A stretch of DNA of 64,000 nt from Octopus sinensis (taxonomy: Eukaryota): the NCBI RefSeq assembly GCF_006345805.1, contig NC_043009.1, forward strand, positions 8,370,001-8,434,000, read 5' to 3'. Below the pieces are notes generated by a model. That model was not told where the DNA came from. It saw only the letters and a program-made list of their open reading frames with translations, and searched no databases. Positions 39,069 to 52,354 of the stretch are shown in pieces. The first letter of the stretch is position 1. Every line of letters starts with the position of its first letter. Made by a program: the position numbers and the translations under genes.

Positions 39069-40457
39069 TATATTCAAACTTAGAAAAGAATTTGAAGAGA
39101 GTTGGATTTGTAATGCTGAATTTTTGGGGAAGTTTTGTGACTAGATGTGAATTGACCAGTTTTGAACTTCCTGGCTTTTCTCAAGATTCCCACAGCCCCC
39201 GCGTATGTTTTATAATGCCAAACCTTTATTAAACAAACTGTATGAAACATCTGCTGGTGTGAAACTGGTAATCAGTGGGTGTAATTAATTGTTTAGGAAT
39301 TAAACTAACAAGATAAGGAATTAGTTCTGTAAATAGGCTGGAAATCCTAAGAAAAATTCCCTAACAAACGCAAAGCCAATTCATTTTTCTTTCTTTGATG
39401 TGACTTATAGAAAATCTGGGGCATAAATCTCAAGTTTTACTCTTAAATGTGTTTTAAGCAGTAAATTAATTGGTAAGTTTATAATAAAGTATACTTATCT
39501 ATTCAGTATAATTATGCAATTTTAATATACTTTGTACCAGATCTGAGTCACATGTGAAAATAATTACTTATAAATGCATCAAGTTTGCAAAAAATCTAAG
39601 CTGTTTTGTTGATCAGATGCTGTTAAAAAAGAGTGTGTGTACATACATGTGTGTTTCTACATATGTATTCAAATGTTAAAATTTGTAAATGAAAGAGGGG
39701 AGAAATGTACTCAATACATAGTTCAGAGTATATTGCTTATTTAAGGACATGGAACTTTGGTCTTAGATTAAAAAAAAAAAATTCAACTTTTATATACATA
39801 CATATATAACTAATGTGTGTGTGTGGTGTATAGTTGGCAGAACAGTAGAGTATTAGACATTTTTGAATTCTGAGTTCAAATCCTGCCTAGATCCACTTTA
39901 CATTTTTCCATTCAATTAGAAATAAAATATGTGGCAGCATAACCACAGTCTAATGACTTAAACTCAGTAAGTAGGCATCAGCTGTTCTCAGTAGGTCGAA
40001 TATAAAGGATCTCCATCTAAGATCCATGATTTACTAAGGGTGCAATTATGTACATGGTAGGGTCTCAATTCCTTCGACAGAAGCTGATCACAAGTCTGTA
40101 TTTCTTCAAAAGGGTGCTCTAGATGCACCACACATCTTGCACTCCGCCTTCCGAGTCATTGACCATATTAGGTTTCTGTGCTTCTTCTGCCATCTCAGTC
40201 TTCATGTACTTAAGGGATGATGTCCCTTGTATAGTAATCCTTCAGAGATTGCTGGTACCCTCCACCTAGTTCTGCTCACAAGCCAAAGCGATGTACAGAG
40301 GTGAGGCCATCAGTGGACTATTGACTTCTGGAAACCATGAGAGTTACGTAATAGTCAGAGACCAATGCTCCTGTTTATGTCTGAAGATATGCAGCTAACG
40401 GGTTTACAAAGGCACTGTTCATTACACACAACATCAGACGCCATTGATTTAAACTAG

Positions 40458-41020
40458 TTAATCTTTTAGCGTTCAGCTTATTCAGTCAAATGTAGTGCTT
40501 ATTTATTCATCATCATCATCATTGTTTAACGTCTGTTTTCCATGCTAGCATGGGTTGGACGGTTCAACCAGGGTCTGGGAAGCCAGGAGGCTGTGCCAGG
40601 CTCCAGTCTAATCTGGTAGTGTTTCTACAGCTGGATGCCCTTCCTTACGCCAACCACTCCATGAGTGTAGTGGGTGCTTTTCACGTGCCACAGGCACAGG
40701 GGCTAGAGGAGGCTGGCAAACGGATACGATCGGTTGGTGCTTTTTACTTGTCACCGACACAGACGCCAGTCAGGCCGCGTTAGCATCAGCCACGTTCAGA
40801 TGGTGCTTATTACGTGCCACCGACACAGGTAGCTTAACTACAATTTCCATTTGATCCATATTGTTTAGAATTTATCCTGCATTATATCATAACTTTGAGA
40901 TTTCGATGATGTGGCTGTTTATGTTTAAAATGACATTTTAGCGTAGGTGGGAGAGGATCTGACCAGTTTGAACATAGAGCAAGTAGAAAATTTGGGCCAG
41001 TTTGAATGCTAAAGGGTTAA
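40458..41020. mobile_element. P2 MITE interrupted by a family D element (40508-40850, minus)
   Basis: TTAA ends; the P2 body resumes after the insertion. Confidence 0.7.
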
Positions 41021-41356
41021 AAAGGAAAAGAATGGAATAAATATGTGCATAATGTATGTGTGTGTGTTTGTGCGTGAGTCGCTTTCAATATGAACCTAAA
41101 ATTTCCAAACTACCAGTAAAACACCTGTTATTCTAGCAAGACCACAATTTCTAAAAGCTAAAAGGAATGCCATGCAATGTGACACAAGTCTGACAAGTCT
41201 GGGAATATGACCTGCAAAGGTTACGAGCACTATACTCTCGCCTTCCTCTTCTTTTGTCTGACGAAGTCATGAAAAGAATATATTATTGAATTGTAACATA
41301 ATGCAACTATTAATAGTAAAAGACACATGAAACATGCAGCACAGTTTTGCAAATAA

Positions 41357-41393
<37 letters not shown>

Positions 41394-41546
41394 AAGTGAT
41401 ACTTAGCCAAGGATGTGAAGACATAGAGTATGAAATAAATACAATTTATTACTGTACAGTTTGTGCATCCTATGTTATGGCCTTTGCTTGTTCCACAGTG
41501 CTTATTCTAAGCATGCATGTTTTTACTATGTGTTATAATGAAAATA

Positions 41547-41912
41547 TACAAGGTTGGAGAAAAGTCACACCAAGATTAAAATTATATATTGCATACACTA
41601 CATACATACATACATACATATGGTGGCACATAAAAAGCACCATCTGAACGTGGCCGATGCCAGCGCCGCCTTGACTGGCTCCTGTGCCGGTGGCACATAA
41701 AAGGCACCAACCGATCGTGGCCACTGCCAGCCTCCCCTGGCACATAAAAAGCACCCACTACAATCACGGAGTGGTTGGCATTAGGAAGAGCATCCAGCTG
41801 TAGAAACACTGCCAGGACAGACTGGAGCCTGGTGCAGCCTCCTGGCTTCCCAGACCCCGGTCGAACCATCCAACCCATGCTAGCATGGAAAACGGACATT
41901 AAACGATGATGA

Positions 41913-41947
<35 letters not shown>

Positions 41948-42196
41948 TATATATTGGTATATATATATATATATATATATCTATATATATATTGGTAAAA
42001 ACGGTAAGATAACAAAAGAAAGAAAGAGGCCTCAATATTATGTAAATAGAGGAATTTATGTGTAAAATAATGTGTGACAATTATTCAATAGCCAAGATAA
42101 CCGAAGAAATGGTGTTGTGGATTTCCACCTCGGCATCCGAAACTCAGAGTTTTATCTTGGTTATTGAATAACTGTCAGACATTATTTTACAGATAT

Positions 42197-42251
<55 letters not shown>

Positions 42252-42371
42252 TAAGATAAATATAATGATGATGAATATGTATGTACTTGTACATGATGAA
42301 CAAAATGAATAATAATGTCATATAAATAAAATGGCAAATATTTTGGTGCATGACTTTTGGCCCATCTTGTA
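41547..42371. mobile_element. Tc1/mariner MITE hosting nested insertions (family D 41622-41915; hammerhead foldback)
   Basis: TIRs TAcaaggttggagaaaagtcacaccaa / ttggtgcatgacttttggcccatcttgTA. Confidence 0.55.
42057..42195 (+). ncRNA. Minimal type I hammerhead-like motif in a 44-bp foldback (family H2), PLE pseudo-LTR-like
   Basis: gataa-CCGAAGA-helix II-GAAAC-tcaga-GTT-ttatc; arms 40/44 Watson-Crick plus one G-U. Confidence 0.7.
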
Positions 42372-42382
42372 TTATGATACAG

Positions 42383-42785
42383 ACACGGCTGTGTTGTTAA
42401 GAAGCTTGCTTTGCAATTACATGGCTTCAGGTTCAGTCCCAATGCACAGCATCCTGGGCAAATGTCTACTATAGTGCCAAGTTGATCAATGCCTTGTAAA
42501 TTAATTTGTTCAATAGAAACTGTGTGGAAGCCTGCCATATATATATATATGTGTGTGTGTGCATGTTTCTTTGTGTCTGTGTTTGTCCCCACCACCACCA
42601 CTGCTTGACAACTGGTGTTAGTTTGTTTACATCCTTGTAACTTGGTGATTCAGCAAGAGAGACCGACAGAATAAGTATCAGGCTTTAAAAAATAAGTACT
42701 TGGGTTTATTTGTTCCATTAAAGCACTTCAGGGTGTTGCTCTAGCTTGGCCACAGTCTTATGATTGAAACAAGTGAAGGATAGAG
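42383..42785 (+). mobile_element. SINE family A-related (old copy)
   Basis: Diverged match. Confidence 0.7.
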
Positions 42786-42962
42786 ATATAATTACCATGG
42801 AAAACAAGGTAACAATTACTAATTACTTCCATCACTTAAGTTTTATAATTGCAGGGGTTCTTTTTTCCAGGGTGCAAGAGTGTGAGGGATTACACTTGAT
42901 ATGCATTTGGAAAAAAACATCTTTTACAATGAACAAATATTAAAGAACTTATTTAAATCTGT

Positions 42963-43178
42963 TTAACCCTTTCGTTACTGTATTTATTTTGAGATGCTCT
43001 GTGTTTCTTTCAATTATTTTAAATATAACAAAGAATTTAGTAAAATAATTTAGTTATCATTAAGTTAGTGTTAGGAACATAAAATGCGACTAAGGTTTGG
43101 TGTAAAACTTATGAAAACCAGACATTTGTACGACAGCGCCAGGGCCGGTTTTGGCCGGGCTGGTAATGAAAGGGTTAA
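42963..43178. mobile_element. P1 MITE
   Basis: TTAA-ccctttcgttac ... gtaatgaaaggg-TTAA. Confidence 0.88.
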
Positions 43179-43364
43179 TGTCTGGAAAGTTGACATTTGT
43201 TGTGCTTAAAAGCAACAACAACACACTTTTTGAAACAGATGTGAATGGCAGCTCTTATGTCAAAATTTGCATTTCAATAAAAAGCTATACACCTTCACAA
43301 ATGTATACTAGAAGCATATTTTCTCTAATTAATAAATACTTAAATACATATTTAGTAAAACTGG

Positions 43365-43610
43365 TTTCAAATTTTGGCACAAGGCCAGAAATTTCAAGGT
43401 GGGGGGGGTTTAAGTAAATTACATCAACCTCAGTACTCGACTGGTTCTTATTTTATCCTCAGTTATCAACTGGTACTTATTTTATCAACCCCCCAAAAGA
43501 ATGAAAGGCAAAGTTGAACTTGGCAGAATTGGAACTCAGAACATAAAGACGGACAAAATGCCACTAAGCATTTAGCCCAACATGCTAACAATTCTGCCAG
43601 CTTGCCACCC
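43365..43610 (-). mobile_element. SINE family B
   Basis: Reverse-complement match. Confidence 0.75.
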
Positions 43611-46420
43611 TCTATACATTTAGTAATATTAATCAGAAGTGCCATGGAGTGGGCATCCTTAGATAAATTATCTGGAGTTTTCTTACACTACATCTAGTCC
43701 AATTTTAACTATAAACAGTAACTTCCCAACACAAACAGAACACCTTATAATTGTTATTACTTCATTAGTTACAGGTATCATAAATATTAGAAGAGGAAAG
43801 TATAAAAGTCTTAGTTCACAAAGTTCCCTTGTTTACCTTTCCAAGACTTTTGTTTGCTTTCTGTCAAGTTATTTTCTTCCAACTGTGTTGGAAAATCATA
43901 AATGTATTAAATAAAAAACAAAATTATTGGAATATTTTTATGTACAGATAGTTTGAAGTCATGGTTGTGTGGTTAAGAAACTCACTTTACAACCATGCAG
44001 TTTTGTGTTCAATCCCACTGCATAGCACCTGAGGCAAATGTCTTCTACTATAGACCTAGGCCAGTCATTGCCTTGTAAGTGAATTTGCTTGGCAGAAGCT
44101 ATGTGGAAGCCTGTGTGTGTGTGTTTTCACAAATTGCATAAGGATATCTGGTGTTCACTGTCAACTGATAGTCATTTGTATACAAGAATCCTGCTCAAGA
44201 ATTTTTTTAATAAAGTGCAAAATTCATCCTATCTACATCGTAATGCTTGTTTGCCTGTCTTTTCGGTACCCTGATATTTTCTGACTTATTCTTTTTATGT
44301 TACTTGGCCAGTTTTGTCAAGTCTAAGTCAGAACCAACATCTTCTTGGACATTACAAATTTTCTCAGCAGTTGCTGTCAACTTGCTGAAGACAATCGTGC
44401 TTCTTTGGGAGCAGGGCAGATATAGCAAGTTCAAACTGGATGGGCAGAAACTTTCCAAGAGCCCAAATTGCCTGCTAAAGAATGGCACTAAAACTTTTGT
44501 AATCAGTGACAAATTGATTTCATTGGGTAGTTTTCCTCTCTTTTATTCACAGGAATACATCTTGCATCTTGGCTCCCACAGGTACACTACCAAGTGGATT
44601 CTCTTTGAGTGATTTTGTCAAATCTGTATCTCTTCAAACATTGCTGATTCTTTGGTTATTGATGAACCAGGTTCAGTTTCAGCATCTGGTCGTGTGAACT
44701 GTGTTATTATGGTTCTTTTGAAAAATGTCTGGAATGCTTTAGCCCTTCAGGATTCGGATTAATTTGTTGAATCTATTTATTCACATTGTTTTGAATTAAC
44801 CATGCTTTTGAGATTTTGATGGTGTTATTGTTTATTTTGGGAATGACAGTGTAGGTTATGTGTGAGAGGCTGGATCTGGCCAGTCTGAATATAAAACAGG
44901 TAGAATATTTGTGCTGGATATAGCCTGTTTAAATGCTAAAAGACTAAGTTATTGTTATTTTCATCTACTGAATTAATTCTTCTTCTATGCCATTTCTTCA
45001 GTTCTAAAAATTGAAAATACAACATAGTGTCAGAAACTAGAGCATTCGTATTCAAAGTATTTGTGCAATGTGAATAATAGGAATTATTGGATATGATATC
45101 AGACATGATATCTTACCTACAGCAAAGCTCATGCAGATTAAAAATCATGACCTAATCTTAAACATTTTTTCCATTCCAAGATACTCATGTGACGTGTTAC
45201 ATCTGTCTCTTGTCGGCATCAGTTCAGTCATGATGTCACCATTCTATTCTGACAAGATAATTAAGCAGCCAATGGCAATATACAGAGCAGTAGTGCCAAA
45301 GACATCTTCTGGTCCTTTTGTTTTAACAGGATTTAGTCATTTCACATTTACATACAAATGTGAAATAAATAAGTTTGTGTGTGTTGTTTGTATGAAGAAA
45401 AAAGGGTGAAATAAATTAGATTTTACATTTTTTTTAGTGTCATTTCTGCACAAGATGGAGATGATCATTGCATATTTCAGGTTGATTACTACACATTTTG
45501 GAAACACTGCTTTTTATTTCATATGCTGATGTAACATTTATAGCTGTAGAAACACTGCCAGATCAGACTGGGCCTGGTGCAGCCTCCTGGCTTCCCTGAC
45601 CCCAGTCGAACCATCCAACCCATGCTAGCATGGAAAGCAGACGTTAAACGATGATGATGATGATCCCAAGAGACTCTAATCTGATTCTCATAACCTCTGA
45701 TTCATTTTCTCAACCTGCAAGAAATAGCAAACAAATCTCCTTTAAATTTCACCCTACTTTATCATCATCATTGTCTAATGTTCAGTTCCCCATGCTTGCA
45801 ATGGACAGAATTTATTGAGGTGGATTTTCTATAGCTGCACTCCCTTGACGTCATCAAACCTCACCTCACTTGTTTCCAAATGAGTTAATATTTCTCCATG
45901 ACCAGACAAGTTTCCACAGAAGATTGGAAATGACGGACACTGCTTGTATGAGAATGACACTCCTCAAGTGACATCAAAGCAAGGAGATAGTAAAACACAC
46001 ACGCATGCACACACACACACACACACACACACCAAGCTTCTTTCAGTTTCTGTGTGGTGAATCCACTCTTAAGGCTTTTGTCAGCCAGGGGTTATAGGAG
46101 AAGACACTTTCCTCAGGTGCTATTGAGTGGGACTGAACCCAAGATCATGTGGCAGGGAAGCAGACCTCTTACCACACAGCCATGCCCACACCTTTATACA
46201 TGAAAACCAAAATTGTAGGACACATTAGATAATGTAATCATAGACACCACACTATAAAGAGGTGAGGGTCATGGCTAGAATGCTTTTAATCACAAGTTTT
46301 CTCAATCAAAAAGCTATTTTATAAACACAAGCTTGGCTATGCCATTAAGAAGCTAGCTTTGCAACTACATGATTTTGGATTTAGTCCTATTGCAGCACCT
46401 TAGGCGAGTGTCTTCTATAA

Positions 46421-46647
46421 AGCAGTGAGCTGGCAGAAACATTAGCACACCGGGTGAAATGCTTAGCAGTTTTTCATCTACCATTATGTTCTGAGTTCAA
46501 ATTCTGCCACGGTTGACTTTGCCTTTCATCCTTTCGGGGTCGATAAATAAAGTACCAGTTATGCACTGGGGTCAATGTAATCAACTTAATCCCGTTGTTC
46601 TTGTTTGTCCCCTCTATGTTTAGCCCCTTGTGGGCAATAACGAAATA
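46421..46647 (+). mobile_element. SINE family B inserted into a SINE A
   Basis: TSD agtgtcttcta on both sides. Confidence 0.85.
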
Positions 46648-46861
46648 AGTGTCTTCTACTATGACCCTGGGTTGTTCAATGCCTTGTGAGAAAATTTGGA
46701 AGAAGATAACTGTGTGGTGTGGAAGCCTATATATATTCTTTATATTCTTTACTAACTTCAACTCAAGAGCTGTGGCCATGCTGAGGCGTGTGTGTGTGTG
46801 TGTGTATGTGTGTGTCTTTGGTGATTGTCTCCCCACTGGTTGACAACCAGAGTTGTCTTGT

Positions 46862-47090
46862 TTAACCCTTTAGCATTAAAACCGGTCATATCCGGCCAAA
46901 AGTATTCTGCCTGTTTTATGTTCAAACTGGCCATATCTGGTCTCTCACACCAACCCTACAATATCGTTTTAAAAATTAGCAGCTACCTCATCGAAATCTC
47001 ATAGCTACAAGATAATGCATGATTAGTTCAAAACAAAGTGGATGAAAAAGCATTAATTTTGGTAGAATAGTGGGAACACTAAAGGGTTAA
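46862..47090. mobile_element. P2 MITE
   Basis: TTAA-ccctttagcatt ... aacactaaaggg-TTAA. Confidence 0.85.
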
Positions 47091-47427
47091 GTCCCTGAAA
47101 CTTAGGTGTTCAGTAATAGAGACCAGCAGAACAAAGCACCATGCCCGAAAATAAATACCAGGGTTAGTGTTCAACTAAACCCCACTAAGCAACATCCCAG
47201 TTTGGCCACAGTACAATGGCTGAACCCCCATAAAAGGAAAGATGAAAGAATCAGAAGTTGGCCTTGGCCTAAACAACAACAACAGCAACAACAACGATGA
47301 CCTACTGAACACATTGGAAGTGGATGGAAGTTTTGTTATTAATGTCACTGTTACCCATCACCACCTGACTCTTGACAATGTATATAGATAAACAAAGCAT
47401 ATATTAACATCTGTGAGGTCTGCAGTT

Positions 47428-47480
47428 GGACAATTTGATGATGGAGAGATGTAACCTTGAAACTGTGAATAAAATTGTCC
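47428..47480 (+). ncRNA. Degenerate hammerhead-like motif (family H4)
   Basis: ggacaattt-GATGA-tgg...cctt-GAAAC-tgtga-ATA-aaattgtcc; perfect 9-bp helix I. Confidence 0.35.
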
Positions 47481-47774
47481 TGGGAAAATTTATCTTCCTC
47501 ATCCACCTACACAAACAAAACACGAAAAAATAAAATAAAATAAAATGTCAAAGCAAAGGAAATAGAAATAAAATAAAATGGAGATCAAAGTTGTGCTACA
47601 CCCACCCACACATAAACACACATGACATTGTGTATGTATTTCTGTGTGTGTGTGTGTGTCTCTCTCTCTCTCTCTACATATATGTATGTATGAACATGTG
47701 TATGTGTATATATATATATCATCATCATCATCGTTTAGCGTCCGTTTTCCATGCTAGCATATATATATATATAC

Positions 47775-47811
47775 TCACACATGAATGTATATGTATGTAA
47801 TATAAACATGC

Positions 47812-47875
<64 letters not shown>

Positions 47876-48152
47876 GAATGTATACGTATATAATATAAAT
47901 ATATATAATATACATATATGAATGTATTCATATGTAGGTGTGTGTATATATATATTATATATATATATATAATATACACATGAATGTATACGTATTAATA
48001 TAAATATATATAATATACATATATGAATGTATTCATATGTAGGTGTGGTGTATATATATATATATAATATATATATATATAATATATAACATGAATGTAT
48101 ACGTATATAATTAAATATATATAATATACATATATAATGTATTCATATGTAG

Positions 48153-48196
<44 letters not shown>

Positions 48197-48569
48197 GATG
48201 TATACGTATATAATATAAATAATATAATATACATATATGAATGTATTCATAGTAGGTGTGTGTATATATATATATAATATATATATATATATATACACAT
48301 GATGTATACGTATATAATATAATATATATAATATACATATATGATGTATTCATATGTAGGTATGTGTATAATATATATATATAATAATATATACACATGA
48401 ATGTATACGTATATAATATAAATAATATAATATACATATATGATGTATTCATATGTAGGTGTGTGTATATATCTATATATATATAATAATATATACACAT
48501 GAATGTATACGTATATAATATAAATATATATAATATACATATATGAATGTATTCATATGTAGGTATGTG

Positions 48570-48600
<31 letters not shown>

Positions 48601-48662
48601 TGAATGTATACGTATATAATATAAATATATATATATACATATATGAATGTATTCATATGTAG

Positions 48663-48695
<33 letters not shown>

Positions 48696-48771
48696 ATAAT
48701 ATATACACATGAATGTATACGTATATAATATAAATATATATAATATACATATATGAATGTATCATATGTAG

Positions 48772-48809
<38 letters not shown>

Positions 48810-48960
48810 ATATATAACATGAATGTATACGTATATAATATAAATATATATAATATACATATATGATGTATTCATATGTAGGTGTGTGTATATATATATA
48901 TGAATGTATACGTATGTATATATATATGAATGTATACGTATGTATATATATGAATGTATC
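47775..48960. repeat. Minisatellite, about 10 units of ~100-115 bp
   Basis: Unit acacatgaatgtatacgtatataatataaatatatataatatacatatatgaatgtattcatatgtaggtgtgtg plus variable (TA)n. Confidence 0.9.
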
Positions 48961-48968
48961 CATATGTT

Positions 48969-49000
<32 letters not shown>

Positions 49001-49381
49001 AATGTATTTCTAAGTATGTTTGTGTATGTATGCATGTGTGTGTGTACATGTATGCAATAGAAGTTAAGTACAAAACCCAGCAATTGTCTCTGATTAATTT
49101 TCAACTGTTGCTAATTAAAGGACTAAACAAAACCATGACATTTTTATGCAAACTTCCGTATACAATTACTGTCCTTTACTCCCCCTTTTTTTTTCCCATG
49201 TTCCAAATTTCAATGTCTAAACCCTCTGTATATATTTTGACAGTCTTAGAAATGGCATTCACAAAAATATAGGCCAACTTGCTAACATATCAAATATATA
49301 TAATGTTCTTTTGTCATTCAAATCAGCATTGCATTTATTTATGTTATTTCTACTGGTTTGCTGCATTTCTGATATGAAGGG

Positions 49382-52268
49382 TGTTGTGGAAGGATTCTGA
49401 CCACCCCCAAGTAACTAAACATTGACTGGCATATTGCTATAGAATAAAGAACTGTCAGTAGTTCAGGGGTAAGCAGTTCACTGTGAGCTGTTGATTGAGA
49501 GCATTGAGTCATGTGTAAATAGTAATTGCATTGCGTCTTGTAAATACTTTCTCTCCCCACTGCTTCATTAAATTATATATCCAACACCAGGATATAAAAG
49601 TGTTCAGGTTGGACATTTAGAATTTCTTTTTTTTTTTTATACAAAACTGAAGAAAAAACCGTTTTAACTTGGAAGACTTGTTGGCCTCCATGGTGCAGTT
49701 GCAACAATAACAACAACAACAGCAGCAACAGCAAATACAACAAAACCAACAGTTGCTGGAATTGATGTTGAAGAAGTCTGAAGATTCTTCAGGTTTGTAC
49801 TCACCAGACAGCATAGCAAATTCAATGAAGAATTCAGTTATAATCCAGAAGAAGGGATTACTTTTTCTGCATATTTTCAAAGATATGAAGAAATCTTCAA
49901 AGAAGAAGGTAAAAATTGGTCTGATGAGAAAAATTTCTGAAAGTTATCCCCTGCCAAACATGAAAAATATAGTAATTATATTTTGCTGAAGAAACCAGGT
50001 GTGATTTGTTTTGATGTGACAATTAATACTTTATAGAAAATTTTCAGTGAAAGAAGTTCCCTGTTCTGTATTCGCTAGCAGTGTTTAAATTTGGTCAACA
50101 AAGATGATGAAGATTTCATCACCTATGCTGAACAGAGAGTGTGAAAAATTCAAATTAAATGAATTAACCCTGGACATGTTCAAATGTCTAATTTTTGTTC
50201 AAGAGCTAACTGCAAGCAAAGGTGCAGATATATGTTCCCAGATATTAACAAAATTAGAGTCGGACCAGAAAAGAAAGAAAAAATGCCAAGATCTAATCCA
50301 TATTCCAGGTGCAGTGGCCTATATTTCAAAAGTAACTGTCCATTTAAAAATATTAAATGCTTCAAGTGTGGCAAGAGAGCTCATAAAAAATTACACTGTA
50401 AAAGAAAATCTATATCAGAGATTGCTGCAGCTTCAGATGTCCCTGAGTGCTGAATAGGAGCAGTAATGCGACATAAATATAAAAATGGTAACATGAAAGC
50501 AGTGGTTCAGGCCTTTCATTCTCTGATATCAGCAAAAAAATTAATTACAGCCAAATTGAAAAAGAGACTCTAACGATTATTTTTTTCATAAAAACCTTTC
50601 ATAGATTTTTACTCATCAGAAGTTTTCAACTACAGACAGATCATCATCCATTATTATTGATATATGGGTTGAAAAAAGGAATTACTACCCATACTGCTAA
50701 TAAGTTGCAATGCTGGGGTACTCTGTTATTAAACTGTGATTAGGACATGCTGATTGTATATCAAGACTGATTTCAGAGAATGCTGAACCATTTGAAGATA
50801 CTATGATTGCTACTTTGCAAGTGGAAAATGAAATTTAAAATGTTTTGAGTAATGTTATACGTGAACTGCCAGTCACATTGCATGACATAAAATTAAAATC
50901 GGAAAACGATAAATTTATTAGAAAAAGGAAAGAAATGCTGAAGGCTAAAACAGATTAAAATATTCACAACACAAATTCAAATCCATTCTCGATGTGTGAC
51001 AATGTGTTGATGAATACACAAAGAGTTTTAGTTCCAGTCACACTACAAAAGTGATTACTAAAGGAATTTCACATTGGTCACCCAGAGATTTCAAGAATGA
51101 AGTCGTTAATAAGAAATTATGAATATTGGCCAACAATGGACCATGACATTGAAGAATTAGTGAAAGCATGCAGAGGGTGCACCCTGACTGCAAAAGCACC
51201 TACCACTAAGTGGCAACCGTAACCAAAAACAAATATTCCATGGTCCAGGCTGCATGTTGATTATGCAGGTCCAGTTAAGGGTTCATATTACCTTGTTGTG
51301 GTGGATAGTTTTACAAAGTGGCTTGAAGTGCATAAATGTTAAAAGCTGACACCTGAAGTTACAGTATGTTTTTTACACAAATTGTTTGCCAGATATGGTA
51401 TTCCTGATACCATTGTGTCTGATAACGCAACTCAATTTACATCAGACGAGTTCAGAAAATTTTGCAAAATGTTCATTATAGAAGATGTCACCACTCCGCT
51501 GTATCATCCTAGGTCAAATGGACAAGCAGAGCGTTTTGTTGATATTTACAAGAGAGTGTTGGAAAGGTGAACTAAGAAGTAACAGAAGACCTTGAACTTC
51601 AACAATTTCTAAGAGTGTACCGAGTAACACCTACTCCAAATACACTGTCTGGAATGTCACCCTCAGAATTGATGTTTGCTAGAAAAATCAGATCTGTCTT
51701 TGATAAGTTGCTAGCGAGTGAAAATAAAAAAAAGGTGAACAACAAATATACTTCAAGTTAGGTGAGAAAGTTTTTTTTAAAGATATGGTAAAGAAAGCTG
51801 GGGTGACGATATAATAATTAAACAAATTGAAAGAATGTCATTCCTGGTAAAAGGAAAAAATGTCAAACATAAAAGACATATTAACCAACTTAAAAAAATA
51901 TTCACGGGAAAAATAGTCACGAGAAATGAAATCCCCATGGAAGTATTGTATGATACATTTGAGGTACCAACACCCAAACAAGTTGAAACTACATGTTCTA
52001 GCATCAGAAAACAGAAAAGAACAGAAACACTGAAACTGAGCCTTAAGTGCAAGAAATACTAAAACTCTGAGTGGAGTTTAATTGTTAAAAGGGGAGATGT
52101 TGTGGAAGGATTCAGCCCACCCCCGAGTGATTAAACGTGGACTGACACATTGCTATAGAATAAAGAACTGTCAGAGCATTGAGTCTCATGTAATAGTAAT
52201 TGTATTGTGTAAATACTTTCTCTCCCCACTTTTTTGTTAAAATATATATCGAACGCCAGGATATAAAA
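49382..52268 (+). mobile_element. Decayed Ty3/Gypsy LTR retrotransposon (K02A2.6/Mag-like), protease and RT deleted
   Basis: LTRs 49382-49599 and 52098-52268 start tgttgtggaagg; PPT aaaaggggaga; gag with zinc knuckle CFKCGKRAHKKLHC; integrase HIGHP..YWP..CRGC, LHVDYAGP, IVSDNATQF, HPRSNGQAERFV; many stops. Confidence 0.93.
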
Positions 52269-52354
52269 ATGAGTGACAAGGGACCATCTGTAACTCAGTG
52301 AACTTAGTTGGAGGAGCACTGGATTTTTATTTTTTCCAAAGTTTACATCCTTTG

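Noticed and set aside
5900-39555. Possible long-range pairing between 5900-6150 and 39345-39555
   Set aside because: Only two isolated 10-mers match; expected by chance in AT-rich DNA
41255-41344. CTGACGA...GAAACatgcagc hammerhead-like motif
   Set aside because: Helix II barely pairs over ~65 nt and the NUH triplet lacks U
44300-44512. Minus-strand ORF loosely resembling a hAT dimerisation domain (LLYLPCSQ..VFSKL)
   Set aside because: Key ER residues are missing and there are no TIRs; too degenerate to call
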